Source: Mobula hypostoma (taxonomy: Eukaryota). From it: 64,000 nt of DNA. Under the pieces are notes generated by a model. That model searched no databases. It saw only the letters and a program-made list of their open reading frames with translations, and was not told where the DNA came from. The stretch spans positions 21,516,001 to 21,580,000 of the forward strand of contig NC_086109.1 of assembly GCF_963921235.1 (NCBI RefSeq). The letters are read 5' to 3'. This document shows, piece after piece, positions 46,555-59,751 of the stretch. The first letter of the stretch is position 1. Every line of letters begins with the position of its first letter. The position numbers were made by a program, and so were the translations under genes.

Positions 46555-49169
46555 GTGTGAGGCTATTGGGAAACCTCTGGTCACTTTGTAGCTGTATCCA
46601 CTACTACCAGGAAACTTCTGTCCATGAATGGCCCAGCAGAATCCACATGAATCCAGGGCAATGAAGGCCATTCCTAGGGATGGAAAGCTGCTGTTCCTGG
46701 CATCTTCTGGACGTGATAGCATCCTAAACAGCACGTGGCAAGCTGCTTGACGTGCTGATCTATGCAAGGCCACCAGACAAAGCTTTGAGCCAATGCTTTT
46801 ATTTTGACTACAACTAGATGACTGGCATTAGATCCTCCAACACCTTAGCTCTTAGCTTGGATGGTACAACAACCCTCAATCCCCACATAAGGCAAACTTC
46901 ATCAAGGGCAAGTTCATCGTAGTACTGGTAAAAATGAGGAAACTGGATTTTTACTGCATATTCCAGCCATTTTGGGCTGCCATGTAGACCTGAGACAGTG
47001 TGGGGTCTTTTCTGGTTTCCCTTTGAATCATCTCTACCATAGTAGGGAGATTCTTGATTTGCATTACAGAGAATACATCAAGAGGAATGGCCTCCTTTGC
47101 AAATTGTTTCAGACCCATCTCTGCATTCGTGCTGCTACTGTTTTTGGAGCACCATTCTATGGATTCAAAAATGGATAAACGCCCTCTCCCATACAAACTC
47201 TCTCCCATACAAGGACCAATTGGAACATTTTACAACCCAAACCAAAATCAAGGCCTCTCTGTCAATCTGTACGCAACTTTTCTCTGCAGTGGTAAGTGAA
47301 TGTAATGCAATGATAATGGGGCGTTCCCTTCCATCACTAATAACATGTGACGCGTTTGCACCTATACCATAGGCGAGGTGTCACAGGTAAGCTTCACCAG
47401 ACAGTGTGGATCACAATGTCTGACGACACCATTTCGTTTACCTTTCGGAAAGCCACCTTTGTCCATTGCCATTTGTTCCCAATCTGTAGTAGTGAGTTCA
47501 AAGGGTGCAGCCCAGTGGCCAGGTTTGGCAGGAACCTGTTATAGTAATTGACAAATCCTAAAAAGGACCACAACTGTGACGCGTCCTTTCACATTGGGGC
47601 ATCGACCATAGCATGAATTTTCTCAGCACACTTGTGCAATCCTTGTGTGTCAATGGTGTGGCAACAGTAAGTAATGCTTAGTTTAAAGAAATCACACTTG
47701 TCGTGTCTTGCTCCAAGCCCATAATCTTCTAATCTTTCTAACACTGTCTTGACATTTTGGAGATGGTCCCTGTCATACTCACCACTAACAACGATGTCAT
47801 CCAGGTAATACTGAGTGCCTGAGTAGCCTTGCAGTACCTGGTCCATAGTTTTCTGCCAGGGTGTAGGTGCAGACGCTACTCCCAAAGTAAGCATATTATA
47901 GTAATAAAGCCTGTAGTGAGTGTTTATGATGAGAAATGCTTTAGACTCTTCTTCTGTCTCCAGTTGTAGGTAGGCTTTAGCTAAGTCCAGTTTGCTGAAG
48001 TGCTTTCCTCCAGAAAGGTTTGAAAAGAAATCCTCTTTCTTGGGCAGAGGGTGCTGATCTACCTTCAGTACCAGGTGAGATGGAGATCTTAAAATCACCA
48101 CAGATTCATCGGACTTGCATCTCGTTTTTTTTTGCACTACCTTACTTTCCATTTTTCTGTTTTCTATTTATGATTTATAATTTAAATTTTTAATATTTAC
48201 TATCGATTTGTAATCCAGGGAGTAGGAAGCACAGAATCAAATATTGCTATGATGATTGTACGTTCTAGTATCAATTGTTTGGCGACAATAAAGTATAAAG
48301 ATTCGGACTGACCCATTTTTTTTGGCTACTGGGAACACTGGCATTGCCCATGGTCTCCAATCAACCTTGGATATATCGCTGTCCCTTCCCAGAGAAACAT
48401 GTGTTGTGCTTTTATTTTAAACTTGAATGCCTTGGTGTTCTTTTTTTTTAACCCAGATGTCTCGCTACACTTCAACACGCAGATAGTTGCCGTGGGTTTG
48501 TTTAAAACTTTGCCATTGCTACTGTTAGGTTTTGTTACTCCAATACATAAAACTAATTGAAAGAAAAACAAAGGAGCCCAAGAGATGTGAGTAAGCTTTG
48601 TTTTTCTTTGAGTGAGGAGCACTTACGATGTGGCAGCGTAATGACGTATGGCATAAACATACTTTTACATATTACCCATAATGAATTATTTAAACAACAA
48701 AGAATACTTAATCAAACAATATTTCACAATCTTACTCAAATATTAAATACACAACACATATGATTGAAGGTGTAATTCCCAAGTCACCTGCGCAGGTTTT
48801 TGGCTACTGTTGTTTCGTATCCTTCTGCACCAATGATTGTTAAAACTGAATATGTAACCTATAGCTTGCTGAAGTGTCGTATAGTTGAAAGTAGAACCTA
48901 GGCCAGGAAGGTAAGCTGATCCTAGAATAATATGCTGCTTCCCATGCAACACCTTATAAAACAAGTATATTAATTTTAGGTTAGCACTACGACATTTTGC
49001 AAGGGTGGATACTCTTTATTTTTGTATTTAGTTCCTCAGTTTCTCTTCATTGGGGTTAGAATGCCTCAAATCATTGGTTAATGATTGTAGGTTATATGTA
49101 AAAGTATGTGAATGGGATACGTTAATACGCCACCACTTTAGTGAATTTAAATGGCACGACCAATGGAGC

Positions 49170-49672
49170 TGGTTCCCTCAACCCTAACTTCAGGTCCTGT
49201 CAGTGCAGAGGTTACATTTTTCCCTGTGTCTGCCCGGATTTCCTCTGGCTTCTCCAGTTTTCCCCCACACCCCAGAGATGTACAGGTTGATAGTTTAATT
49301 AGCCACTGTAACTAACATCAGGTGTATGGGTGGCAATAGAATCTGAGCATATTTAATGAGAATATGGGGAGAATAAAATGAGATCTGTGTAGGGCGTGGA
49401 AAGTAGTTCCTGGAGTCTGTGTTGTGGATCAAAAGGCCTGTTTCTAAGCTATATGACTTTTTCCAGTGAGTTCAACTCCCACTGCTGTCTGGAAGGAACT
49501 TGTACATTCTCTCTGCGACCACATAGATTCCTTCTGGATACTCTGGTTTCCTCCCACATTACAAAGACCTACAGGTTAATAGGTTAATTGGTCATGAGGG
49601 TGTAATTGGGTGTATCGGGCATGTTGGACCAGAAAGACCTGTTACTACGCTGTACCTCAAACTAAACTAAAT
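49170..49672 (+). mobile_element. Two decayed V-SINE-like elements in tandem
   Basis: The body motif ggatttcctctggcttctccagttttcccccacac / gattccttctggatactctggtttcctcccacatt occurs twice; (aacta)n tail. Confidence 0.6.
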
Positions 49673-50239
49673 ATTTAAATAATGACCAATCTATTACTAG
49701 ACGCTTCAGACCAAAGGGCTTATGATGAGCAACATAGTTGATATATAAATCATGTAAGGCTTAAGGATAAATGTTTTCCTTTTTGCCATGGGAATTATAC
49801 TAGGCTGAACTGGTTTGAAATGTATATACAAGAGACTTGAGTTGCTGGAATCGAGTCCTGATGCAGGGTTTCAACCCAAAATGTCAGCTATTCCTTTCCT
49901 CCCATAGGTGCTGCTCAAGCAGCTGTTCCTCCAGCCGATCGTTTGTTTGCTGGTTTGATATGTGGCAAATTAATAGAACCGGGGCAAACTGCTTGTGAAC
50001 TATGAGAGAGAAAGCATCATTTGCATCAGCGGGTGTCCAGGAACAGAGTGTTTCCATGTGTGTGATGAGGTGGGAAACTCTGAACAATCAAAAGATGTGG
50101 CAAGTCAGTCTATCTGAGGTTGCAGGGAATTGGCATCAGCAAGCAACTTAAAATGACGTAAGTACTAAGAGAAAGGTAAAATAGGCAAGGAGATAATTGA
50201 GTGATGCCTATGGTAAAAATTCATCTCTCAATCTGTATT

Positions 50240-50455
50240 ACTAATACACATGACCCATATTGTAATTTGTGGAATCTTGAGTGTGTGTTTCTTTTTCCGT
50301 GCCTGTGGCACATCCTTAGCATTTGCCGTTTCCTTAGCATTTGTCTGTTTTTTTATGGGGCTGAGTTGCTAGCTGAAAAGCATGTAAGGACCCAACCAGA
50401 TGTGAACCCGGGACCATTCGCTTTGAAGTCCGGTGCTGATGCCACTATACCACCA
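50240..50455 (-). mobile_element. tRNA-derived SINE
   Basis: Minus head ggtatagtggcatcagcaccggacttcaaagcgaatggtcccgggttcacatc has A/B-box-like motifs and is followed by a non-tRNA body. Confidence 0.55.
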
Positions 50456-50919
50456 ACTGGCAAGTTTGTGGAATCCTGTTGCGGACAAATTGGTTGCCAC
50501 ACTTCCAACTGTGAAGTAGCAAATACACTTTTGAAGTTCTTCATTGGCCTTACAGAGTTTGGGGATGTTCTAAGATCACGAAAGGGTCCACAGAAGTATA
50601 ATTTTTTTCATTTAAGAGACCAAGTAAACAGTAAATGTTGTAAATACTCGCAGTTCAGGTTGATGATCTTACTTCAGAAGTAAGGTCACAGACCTGAAAC
50701 TTCAATCCTAATCCTTTGCATGAACCAGTGAGTTATTTCCTACACTTTCAACTTTTGTTTTTTAGATTTCTATCATGTGCAGCAATTTGCTTTTGCATAT
50801 TTATCAAGTTAATAATGTCTTCCTGGTGTAATTATTCTCAATAAACGGATAGAACCAATTGGAACAGATATTTCATGCTGAGGTAATTATCTGAGCTGAC
50901 TGGACTGTCAGGTAATGTT

Positions 50920-51230
50920 ACCATAAGACACAGGAGCAGAATTAGGCCATTCAACCCATTGAGTCTTTCTGCTATTCCATCATGACTGATTTATTATCCC
51001 TCTCAACCCCATTCTCCTGCCTTCTCCCCATACTAATCCTTACTAATCAGGAAACTCTGCTTTAATTATACCCAATGACTTGGCCTCCACAGCTGTCTGT
51101 GGCAGTGAATTCCGCAGATTCACAACCTCTAGCTGAAGAAATTCCTCCTCATCTCTGTTCTAAAGGGACATCCTTGTATTCTGAGGCTGTACCTTCTAGT
51201 CCTAGACTCCCCCAATGTAAGAAGTATTCT
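50920..51230 (-). mobile_element. CR1 3' fragment
   Basis: ccataagacacaggagcagaattaggccattc...gaaattcctcctcatctctgttctaaa is the reverse complement of the CR1 3' end. Confidence 0.75.
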
Positions 51231-51819
51231 GAAAACTCTATCCACTTTATCTATCTCTTTCAATACTCAATATCACCCCTTTTAATGATGTATTAAGAGT
51301 GCTCTGATAATGAAACACTGTTCAAGAAAGGCTGAACACTATGCATATTAAATTGAAGTGTGTCTCTCTCATCATATTCCTGTGAGGATTTCATTAGGAA
51401 TGCCAGACTTTAAGAATTAGTCTTGAATTTCCAGGAATGGAAGATAAATCTCTGAGGCAAAGCTAGAGAACTAACACTCAAGAGGAAAGAAAATACAGCA
51501 GCATTTAAGAATAAACTTATTTATATATTAGCATTTGTTAGTTATGAAAATGTTGCCGAAAGGGAAGAAGAGGCTAACAAGCAGCCAAGGATCTTTGAAA
51601 AGGTTAATGAAAGGGGATACGTTTTCTGATTGACTCTGGGGGAGTGATTAGGAAAAACTGAAGGGATGAGCTTATATGATGGAATTTTCAAGAAATCACC
51701 AAATTAAAATTCCTAGAGGGTGGAGGCTGCTGCAGCATCGAGTCTGACCATCTGACTGGATGCCTGACTGTGATTCCGCAGTAGTTTGTGGCTGGAATGT
51801 GGATACATTCATCGTTATA

Positions 51820-52102
51820 GACTCCCACCACCCAGAACATGCCCTCTTCTCATTGCTACCATCTGGAAGGAGGTACAGGAGCCTGAAGGCATACACCTGA
51901 TGATTCAGGAACAGGTTCTACTCCTCTGCCATCAGATTTCTAAATGGACCTTTTGCACTATTTATTTAATTTAACTTTTTAATATCTATACTTCTTCCTA
52001 TAATTTACAATTTTCATTTATTATGTATTGCAATGTACTGCTGCCGCAAAACAACAAGTTTCATGAGATATGCCAGCGATATGAAACCTGATACTGATTC
52101 TG
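51820..52102 (+). mobile_element. Rex1/Babar 3' fragment
   Basis: Homologous to 2160-2440 (catgccctcttctcattgctaccatc...ttcaggaacag); cctgatactgattctga tail. Confidence 0.7.
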
Positions 52103-54033
52103 AACTCCAGATAGATTGAATTTGACAGGGATTAATTTTGATTGGTGTACAAGGGAGACCATGTGACAATGAGGGCATGCAATGCCTGGTTCTCTCAGGA
52201 GATTCACAGGGAAGCTATAGGTATCATCTTTTGGCCATGTGCTGATTTTGAGGTGACCAGCAACCAATTGAAAATCACCACCAAGGATTTACCTGTCAAT
52301 CATCTGGGAGGAAGATTAGATTTACAATGAAACAATAGGACCCCACCTAACACTCCCCAGCCCAGGCAGACTCCCATTATCAACCATCTCAGCCTCAATT
52401 CCCAGAGTGAGCTGAAGATCCCATTCCTCCCTGAGATCTTGATCCAGCAGAGATGAGTTGGCATTGCTAGTGGAGGGACTATTTTCAGCAGAGCATGGGT
52501 TGCTGTAAAGGGAGGCTGTCTGTTAATACACGAGTAGAGGGATTAATCTTCCAGCAATATGACAAAGGACCGAGAAGGAACTTGATTTGCTGGCAGAGGT
52601 CAGAAGGTTGATGCTTTGGTGAGCAGAGGGACTCTGTGTTCCCACCACCTACTGATTGGAAACAATCCAGCATTGTTCCTGTAATTGCCAGTCTATGGGT
52701 CAGACAATCCAATCCTTTGTGGCCATGTTATTTGATGAGTAATTCAGTGGCCTGGGTTAATGATAAAATCTCGGGAGCCATGCTGAGCCTGTACAAAACC
52801 CTGGTCAGGCCACAGCTAGTGTAGGGCACTCTGTTCTTTTCATTTCATTTTAAGAAACATATGGAACATTAGAGAGAGTCAGGATTTAGAGACTGGCTGC
52901 GAGGTTGTAGGAGTAAAACTACAGAGATGGATGGGACAGTTCAAGTAATTGTCATTCAACCATACAGGTGAATACATTTAAATGAAAGTGTTCCTGTAGG
53001 GCCAAGGTGCAAAACACAGTACATACAGAGTGGATATAGAGAGGACATTTACATTAGTAAGAGAGGGTAGGATGTAAGGGCAGAGCCTCAAGATAACTGA
53101 GATTGGGGGAGATTTCTTCAGCCAGAGGGTGGGGAATTCATTGCTCCAGAGGCCTGTGGAGACTAAGGCATTTAGTGTATTTAAGGCAGAGATTGATAGG
53201 TTCATGATTAGTAAGGGGTTTAAATGCTATCAGGAGAAGTTGGGAGAATGGACTGAAAGAAAAACAAAATCAGCCATGATTGAACAGCAGGTCAGACTGA
53301 AGGCCAAATTCTGCCTCTATATCTTTAATGGTTAAAATTCCTCCCTCAGCCTTACAGCTAAGTTTCAGTAACAATTACTTTTCATGAAAGGAAATGGTAA
53401 TTTACTGAGTGTTTACTGCCCATGAGCTAACATTTACAACGGATGTTACGGCAGACTTGCATAGTCACAGTTAAGAAGCCTTTAGTCCAATGGCAAAATT
53501 GGATTTAAACGCAGAGGGAGATTATTCCTTCACTGAACTGTGCAGTACAGGCCAGTGATCATTATTCCCATTACTCCCCAGGACACTCTGATTCTAAAGC
53601 TTTTCATGTTCACAGCTGGGATTGGCGAGAACACACTGCACACTTTTACTGGGGCTTAGAGAGCAACAAACATCTGAACAAGAAATGAAAGGAGTTCAAT
53701 CCGGCTTAACTGCTCAGTACTGAAACTAAATTAAAACCATCTTGTCATTACAATTACAATCCTTAATAGAGATGGACAGTTACAGGATCTTACAGCATAT
53801 CCTGCCAGAGCCATAGTGTAGAAACATCAGCAATTAATTGTCTCACTTTGATTCAATGAGGAGACTGAGGACCCACTTTCTAAAGTATCAAACACAGTTC
53901 CAAATTTATTGAGATGAACTTGTCCTTGGTTTCCCATGGTCGCCATTTGAGATTATTTGGGTGATGTTGTTATATATTTGATACGTTACCATGGTAACCT
54001 AGAGTCAAAAATCCAGTCCAAATTCAACGACCA

Positions 54034-54114
54034 GAAATGAACAGATAGTCTGATGATCGATGATCTGAAATGAACAGATAGTCTGATGATCAATGATCTG
54101 AAATGAACAGATAG
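54034..54114. repeat. 33-bp tandem repeat, about 2.5 copies
   Basis: gaaatgaacagatagtctgatgatc(g/a)atgatct starting at 54034, 54067 and 54100. Confidence 0.9.
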
Positions 54115-55306
54115 AATTTGAAATGTGTCCTGGAGTAGTTCAGTGGGATATTGGACGTGACAGATAGGATATTGGACTGGGGAGGCAGGACATTTGGAGG
54201 AGGGAGATAGGATTTGGACAGGTTAAGTGAGATATTATATTGGGTGATTGAGATATTGGACTAGTCGGGTGAGATGTTGGAATGTGTGAGGGGGCACTAG
54301 ACTGGGTGAAGGGGGTATTGGAGGGGTTAGGGTGCATTGGACAGTGTAAGAGAGATGTTGGACTGACTAAATTGGCATGGAGTTGGATTTGTTCATTGGA
54401 CTGAATGTGTGATTTTTCCAGCATGTGTGATTTTTCCAGCCCCTGATGCTTCCTTTTCACAGGATATTTGGTCAAAGCCATGAAGGCTGAAATTAGCATC
54501 ACAGTAGCTCTCGTGGAAATCGCCAATGAACAAAATCCACATTGTTTCCAGCAGGCCATAAACTCAAGGGGTTCTGCAGATGCTGGAAATCTTAGGCATA
54601 GACAAAAAATGCCACAGGAATTCAACAAGTCAGGCAGCGTCTATGGAGAGGAATAGCAGTTTGAGGAGAGAAGAGGGGCTGATTATGGATGGTTTACTAC
54701 TGCAAGTACTTTGATGTATTTGATTTTGACCAAGAGCATCTCTTATATTTGTAAAAGTGTCATCAGAAAAATTATGCTAGATATGCAAACAGAAATGTAC
54801 ACAGAGCCTTAAGATGCCTGCTGGACGCAGTCCAAGTATCAGGAGTTTTATTTTACACCTACTATACCTTCCAGCTATTTGGAGAAACATGAGATTATTC
54901 CGCAAGAAAATTAATAAAATTTCTACTTGACTTCGATTGTTGGATTCAGTTCTCAAAGGGGTTCTTCTCAGTTCCATTTCATTGTGAGAAGCAACATGCA
55001 GCTTTGGTCAGTACAGCTCTGTCTCCAACCCACTGACATGTATCAGTTGACATGAAGGTTCTTTGAGCTGAGGCTCGCATCCCGTCAACCCTTGTCCTAA
55101 TAAAGAAGCTGCTCGGCCGTGTGGAGATGCTCGATATTAGTTGAGGGACTCATGTAGCGCCTCAAGATTTTTCAAAAAAAAAGAAACAGGAGCAAGGAGA
55201 GGCTAGTTTGCTCTTTGAACCTGCTCTTCAATTCAAGATTGGATTAATCTTTTACCTCTGTGTCATTTTCAAAGTACAAAGTAGGTTTATTATCAAAGCA
55301 TGTTTA

Positions 55307-55850
55307 CAGTACTATGCAAAAGTCTTAGGCACTTATATATAGCTAGGGTGCTTAAGATTTTTGCACAGTAGTGTGGTAAACTTATGCATTGCACTGTACT
55401 GGGGCCCCAAAAAATAATTACATTTCAAGGCGCATGTGAGTGATGATAAACCTGATTCTGATATGGGTCTCTCCTGCAGAATGAGAGTGGAAAGTGAGCA
55501 GGGAGAGAGGAATAATGTTTGGGAAAAGGGGAAGGGAGAGGTGAGGGAGTGGGAAGCACCAGAGAGACATTCTGTAATGATCAATAAACCAATTGTTTGG
55601 AATCAAATAATCCTGCCTGGTGCCTCATGGCTGGGTATGTCTGCATCTGCGCCATCCCCTGTCCCCAGTGCTCCTCTGTCATCTGTCCCCCAACACCCGC
55701 TCCACAGCACTCCACCCTCAGCATTCCCAACATCCTTTGCTCCCATTTGACTTACAAACTTGCTCCCCACCCCATATTGACAAACACAGTACTGTTCAAA
55801 AGTCTTAGGCATCCTAACTATAGATGTGTACCTGAGTCTTTTGCACAGAA
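55307..55850. mobile_element. Composite Tc1-type MITE bounded by two hairpin units of about 65 bp
   Basis: cagtact(a/g)tgcaaaagtcttaggca...cttttgcacag units at 55307-55373 and 55787-55848; a related copy lies at 29804-31567. Confidence 0.75.
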
Positions 55851-57387
55851 CACCATATACTGCACTGAAATTCATTTTCTTTTGCGCATTCATAGTAGAA
55901 CAAAGAAACACAATAGAATCAATGAAAAACTATACACTTGGGTAATGCATTTTCTTGCACTATTCTCATATCCCTTGGTTCCTTTAATATCCAGAAATCT
56001 ATCAATGTCTGATTTGGTGACTAAGCCTTTCAAAGATTAGCTTTATTTGTCACATGTACATCCAAACATCGAAACACACAATGAGGTGCATCACTTGCGC
56101 CAACAACAAACGCAGTCCGAGAATGTGCTGGTGGCAGTCCACAAGAGTCGATATGCAAAATGCGACCAACACCGACATCATGCCAACAGTTCACAAAACT
56201 ACTCCTTTTACTTCTTTCAAAGACGATTCTACTACTTAGCTGTGTGCGATTGGAACCAGTGTAGCATGTGGAGATTTACATTTTGATGGTGTGTTTTGGG
56301 GCCAATTGAGCGATCTGACACTTTGCTGTCTTTGATGGAGTTCCATGAGTTTTGCTGTGGAGTGTGCAGCCTGGAGACTCCACTGCTTCTCTCCGATTGA
56401 GTCGAGCAAGGCTGAAGCCAATGAGGAAGAGATGGAGGATATAAGGGTGTTTGGCGCTGTCTGCCTGCGTTTAACCAGTCTTCCTCTCCATCTCACTAGC
56501 TGCTGTCAGAGGAAAGTGCAGGAGTCTTGGGATCCACGTTACCAGAATTGATCAGCAAGTCTGCGGACTCATCTTGGTTGACTTTGGGGTTCATGTTGCA
56601 TGTGTTTCTGGATTCTGGTTACTGTGTTTTGCTGTTTTTGAGTGGTTTGATCACGGCGAACGATGCAGACTGGTGAGCTTTGGTGAAGAATGGCACTGCT
56701 ACCTGTATTGGCTAGTGGCAGGGCACTGAACTGAACTAAACTGAATGCTACTGGAATCCTGGTTTGAAATTTGACATTCTATGTGTTGGTCACTCAAGTT
56801 TTCACAATTGTTCTTTTTTTTAATGTGCTGAGTGTTTGATGTTTTCCTGTACAGGTTTCATGATGTTTCTTTTGTTTCCTGGCTGGCAGCAGGAAGACAA
56901 ATCTCAGAGATGTATGCTGTATACATGCTTTGAAAATAAATATACTTTGATCCTTAACTTTGACCTTGAACTTTGATGTCCACAATTTGGCATACATAAC
57001 AATCCTCGAATGATTCACCACCTCCTGGTGCAGAAATGTCTCCTTATCTCAGTCCTGAATGGTCACTGTGTTATTCTGAAAGTGTGACCCTGTTTCTAAG
57101 ATTCCAGCCAGGTGAAACACCCTCTCTGCATTTAGCCTGGAGATGCCTAAGTAAATTTTGTACGTTTTGTTGAGTTCTCCTCTCATTCTTTCTAACTTTA
57201 ATGATGGCAGTCCTGGTCCACTCTATCTCTCTTCGGCACCACATCCCTCTAGATCTTTGAAACTGGTATAGTGAACCTTCAATACACTTCTCAATTACAT
57301 GTCTATCTAATCTATGTATGAGGCGGAAACTGTACATAATACTGCAGGTATGGTCTCACGGAGGGAGCATATCTTTGCAGGACAAAA

Positions 57388-57915
57388 TATAGTCAGTGGC
57401 CATTTTATCAGGTACCTGAGTGTATGTTCATGGTCTTCTGCTGCTGTAGCCCATCCACTTCAAGGTTCAAGGTGTTGTGCATGCAGGTATGCTCTTCTGC
57501 TCACCACTGTTTGAATTACTGTCACCTTCCTGTCAGCTTGAACCAGTCTAGCCATTCTCCTCTGATCCTTCTCATAAACAAGGCATTTTCAAACACAAAA
57601 CTGCCACCCACTGGAATTTTTTTTTTGTTTCTTCCACCATTCTCAGTAAACTCTAGGGGCTGTTATGTGTGAAAATCCCATGAGACCAGCAGTTTCTGAG
57701 ATATTCAAATGACCCTGTCTGACACCAACAATCATTCCAAAGACAAAACCACTTAGATCACATTTCTTCCCCATTCTGATGTTTGGTCTGAATAACAACT
57801 GAACCTTTTGACCATGTCAACATTCTTTTATTCATTGTTCCTGCCACATGATTGGCTGTTTAGATACTTGCATTAACAAGCAGGTGTATAAGTGTACCTA
57901 ATAAAGAGGTCATGA
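57388..57915 (-). mobile_element. Non-autonomous Tc1-family element, copy 5
   Basis: gtcagtggccattttatcaggtac start; body as in the other copies; gtacctaataaag end. Confidence 0.75.
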
Positions 57916-58569
57916 AGAATATTTACTCCTGGACTCAAACACCGTCATAATTTTGCCAAAATACAATTTGCCTTCTAATACTTGCAGCATCTGGTTTTCA
58001 ATATGTTCTGTGCCAGAACATCTAGTACTCATGGAACATTAACAAGATGTAACCTCTCAGGATTTCTGTTTATTGCACCAAATTAAATATAGTTTTTCAC
58101 ATTATATTACACTTACAATGTTCTTCTTCAATCAGTCAGATTGGCTGTAACCCCTGAAGCATCTTTACAACCTCCTCCCTTCTAAAACAGTATATCATCA
58201 GCAAACTTTGAAATATGACATTTGGCCCCTACAATTCACTCCTTGATGTAGAACATGAATAGCTGGGAGTCAGTCATTGATCCCTGGGTAATCGTTCAAC
58301 CTGACAAAGATTTGTGTTCTTTGTGTTCTTCCTATAACTTCTTCTCACCACGTGTAAATATATATTACCACTAACTATTCATTCTAGCCTTGTTTACCAA
58401 CTTCCTTTAACAATCTCATCAAAAGCTTTCTGAAAATCCAAATATGATGCATCAATCTCCCTGCTACATTCATCACATCCTCAAAGAATTATGTTAGTCA
58501 AATGTGATTTTCCTTTTGCAATCGACTCCATGCAATATTATGATTCTTACCAATTTATAGTATTACAGT

Positions 58570-59097
58570 CCAGCACAGGTAAAGTCCTCTCCACCATTGA
58601 GCACATCTACACGAAGCATTGTCACAGGAAAGCAGCATCCATCATCAGGGAACCCCACCACCCAGGTCACGCTCTCTTGTCACAGCTGCCATCAGGAAGA
58701 AGGCACAGGAGCCTTAGGACTCACACCACCAGCTTCAGGAACAGTTATTACCCATCAGGCTCTGAACCAAAGGGGATAACTTCATTCAGCTTCACTTGCC
58801 CCATCACTGAAAACTTCCCACAACCTATGGACTAACTTTCAAGGACTCTTCATTTCATGTTCTCGATATTTATTCCTTATTTATTTATTTTTTTATTATT
58901 ATCTTTCTTTTTGTATTTGCACAATTTGTTGTCTTTTGCACACTGGTTGAATGCCCAGTTTGATGCTGTCTTTCATTAATTCTATTATGGTTATTATTCT
59001 ATTATGGATTCATTGACTATGAGCACAGGAAAATGAACCTTGGGGTGTATATGGTAAATAAGTATTTTAATAGTAAATTTACTTTGAACTTAGAACT
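58570..59097 (+). mobile_element. Rex1/Babar 3' fragment
   Basis: ORF 58491..58835 KAASIIREPHHPGHALLSQLPSGRRHRSLRTHTTSFRNSYYP; tttgaacttagaac tail. Confidence 0.75.
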
Positions 59098-59751
59098 ATT
59101 GGAATTGACATTGGCGTTAATATTGTCACATGCGCCAAGGTACAGTTCTTTTTATGCGCACTGTTCATATAGATCAAATCATTTCATAACGCATTGAGGT
59201 AGTACAAGGTAAATCAACAGGGTGCAGAACAAACTGTAACATCCAGAGAAAAAGTGTATTGCAGATAGACAATAGGTGTAAGATCATAATGAAATAGATT
59301 GTAAAGTTAAGAGCCCATCTCATCTTACTAGGGAACCATTCAATAACCCTGATGACAGTGGAATACATGCTTTGTATCCGCTGCCTGATAGGAGATACGC
59401 ACAAGAGAGATCTTGTGCTCCTTTTCCACTCATGGAGGCCTGGATACTGAGCTCCCTGCTGAATCACAGGTACCTCATTTCCAAGAGTGTTGGATTATCA
59501 GAGTTTACTTGTACTGTTATTAGATCCTTCATTAGGTATTTCACTATCATTTTATATGACATGCTGAAACATGTGTTGGAATTTACATTTATACCAGCTT
59601 TTATTTCCATCTGAGGTTGATTACCAGCAGTCATGATGCTTTCCTCATTTTTTGTTATCCTGGAAAGAGCGAGCCCCTATCCCTAGCAAATAACAAATAC
59701 TTAGTGTAAATCACAAAAGAAAATCTGTTATTTCTAAAAATCTAAGCTAAA

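Larger units (their letters stand above)
42723..48756 (-). mobile_element. Old Gypsy LTR retrotransposon with multiple nested insertions
   Basis: Diverged LTRs at about 42723-42947 and 48523-48756 (tgtt..gttttgttac; taatgacgta; aatattaaataca). RT ORF 47589..48152 HPLP..FSKLDLAKAYLQ..YYLDDIVVSG; integrase ORF 45537..46064 IRHITSAPYHPAT; purine tract (minus) next to the left LTR; flanks catgt/catat may be a decayed TSD. Confidence 0.85.

Noticed and set aside
54034..54114. 33-bp repeats as a CRISPR array or C/D-box snoRNA (TGATGA and CTGA present)
   Set aside because: The units are directly adjacent with no unique spacers, no cas genes are present and the context is eukaryotic. The box-like words arise from the repeat itself and there is no terminal stem.
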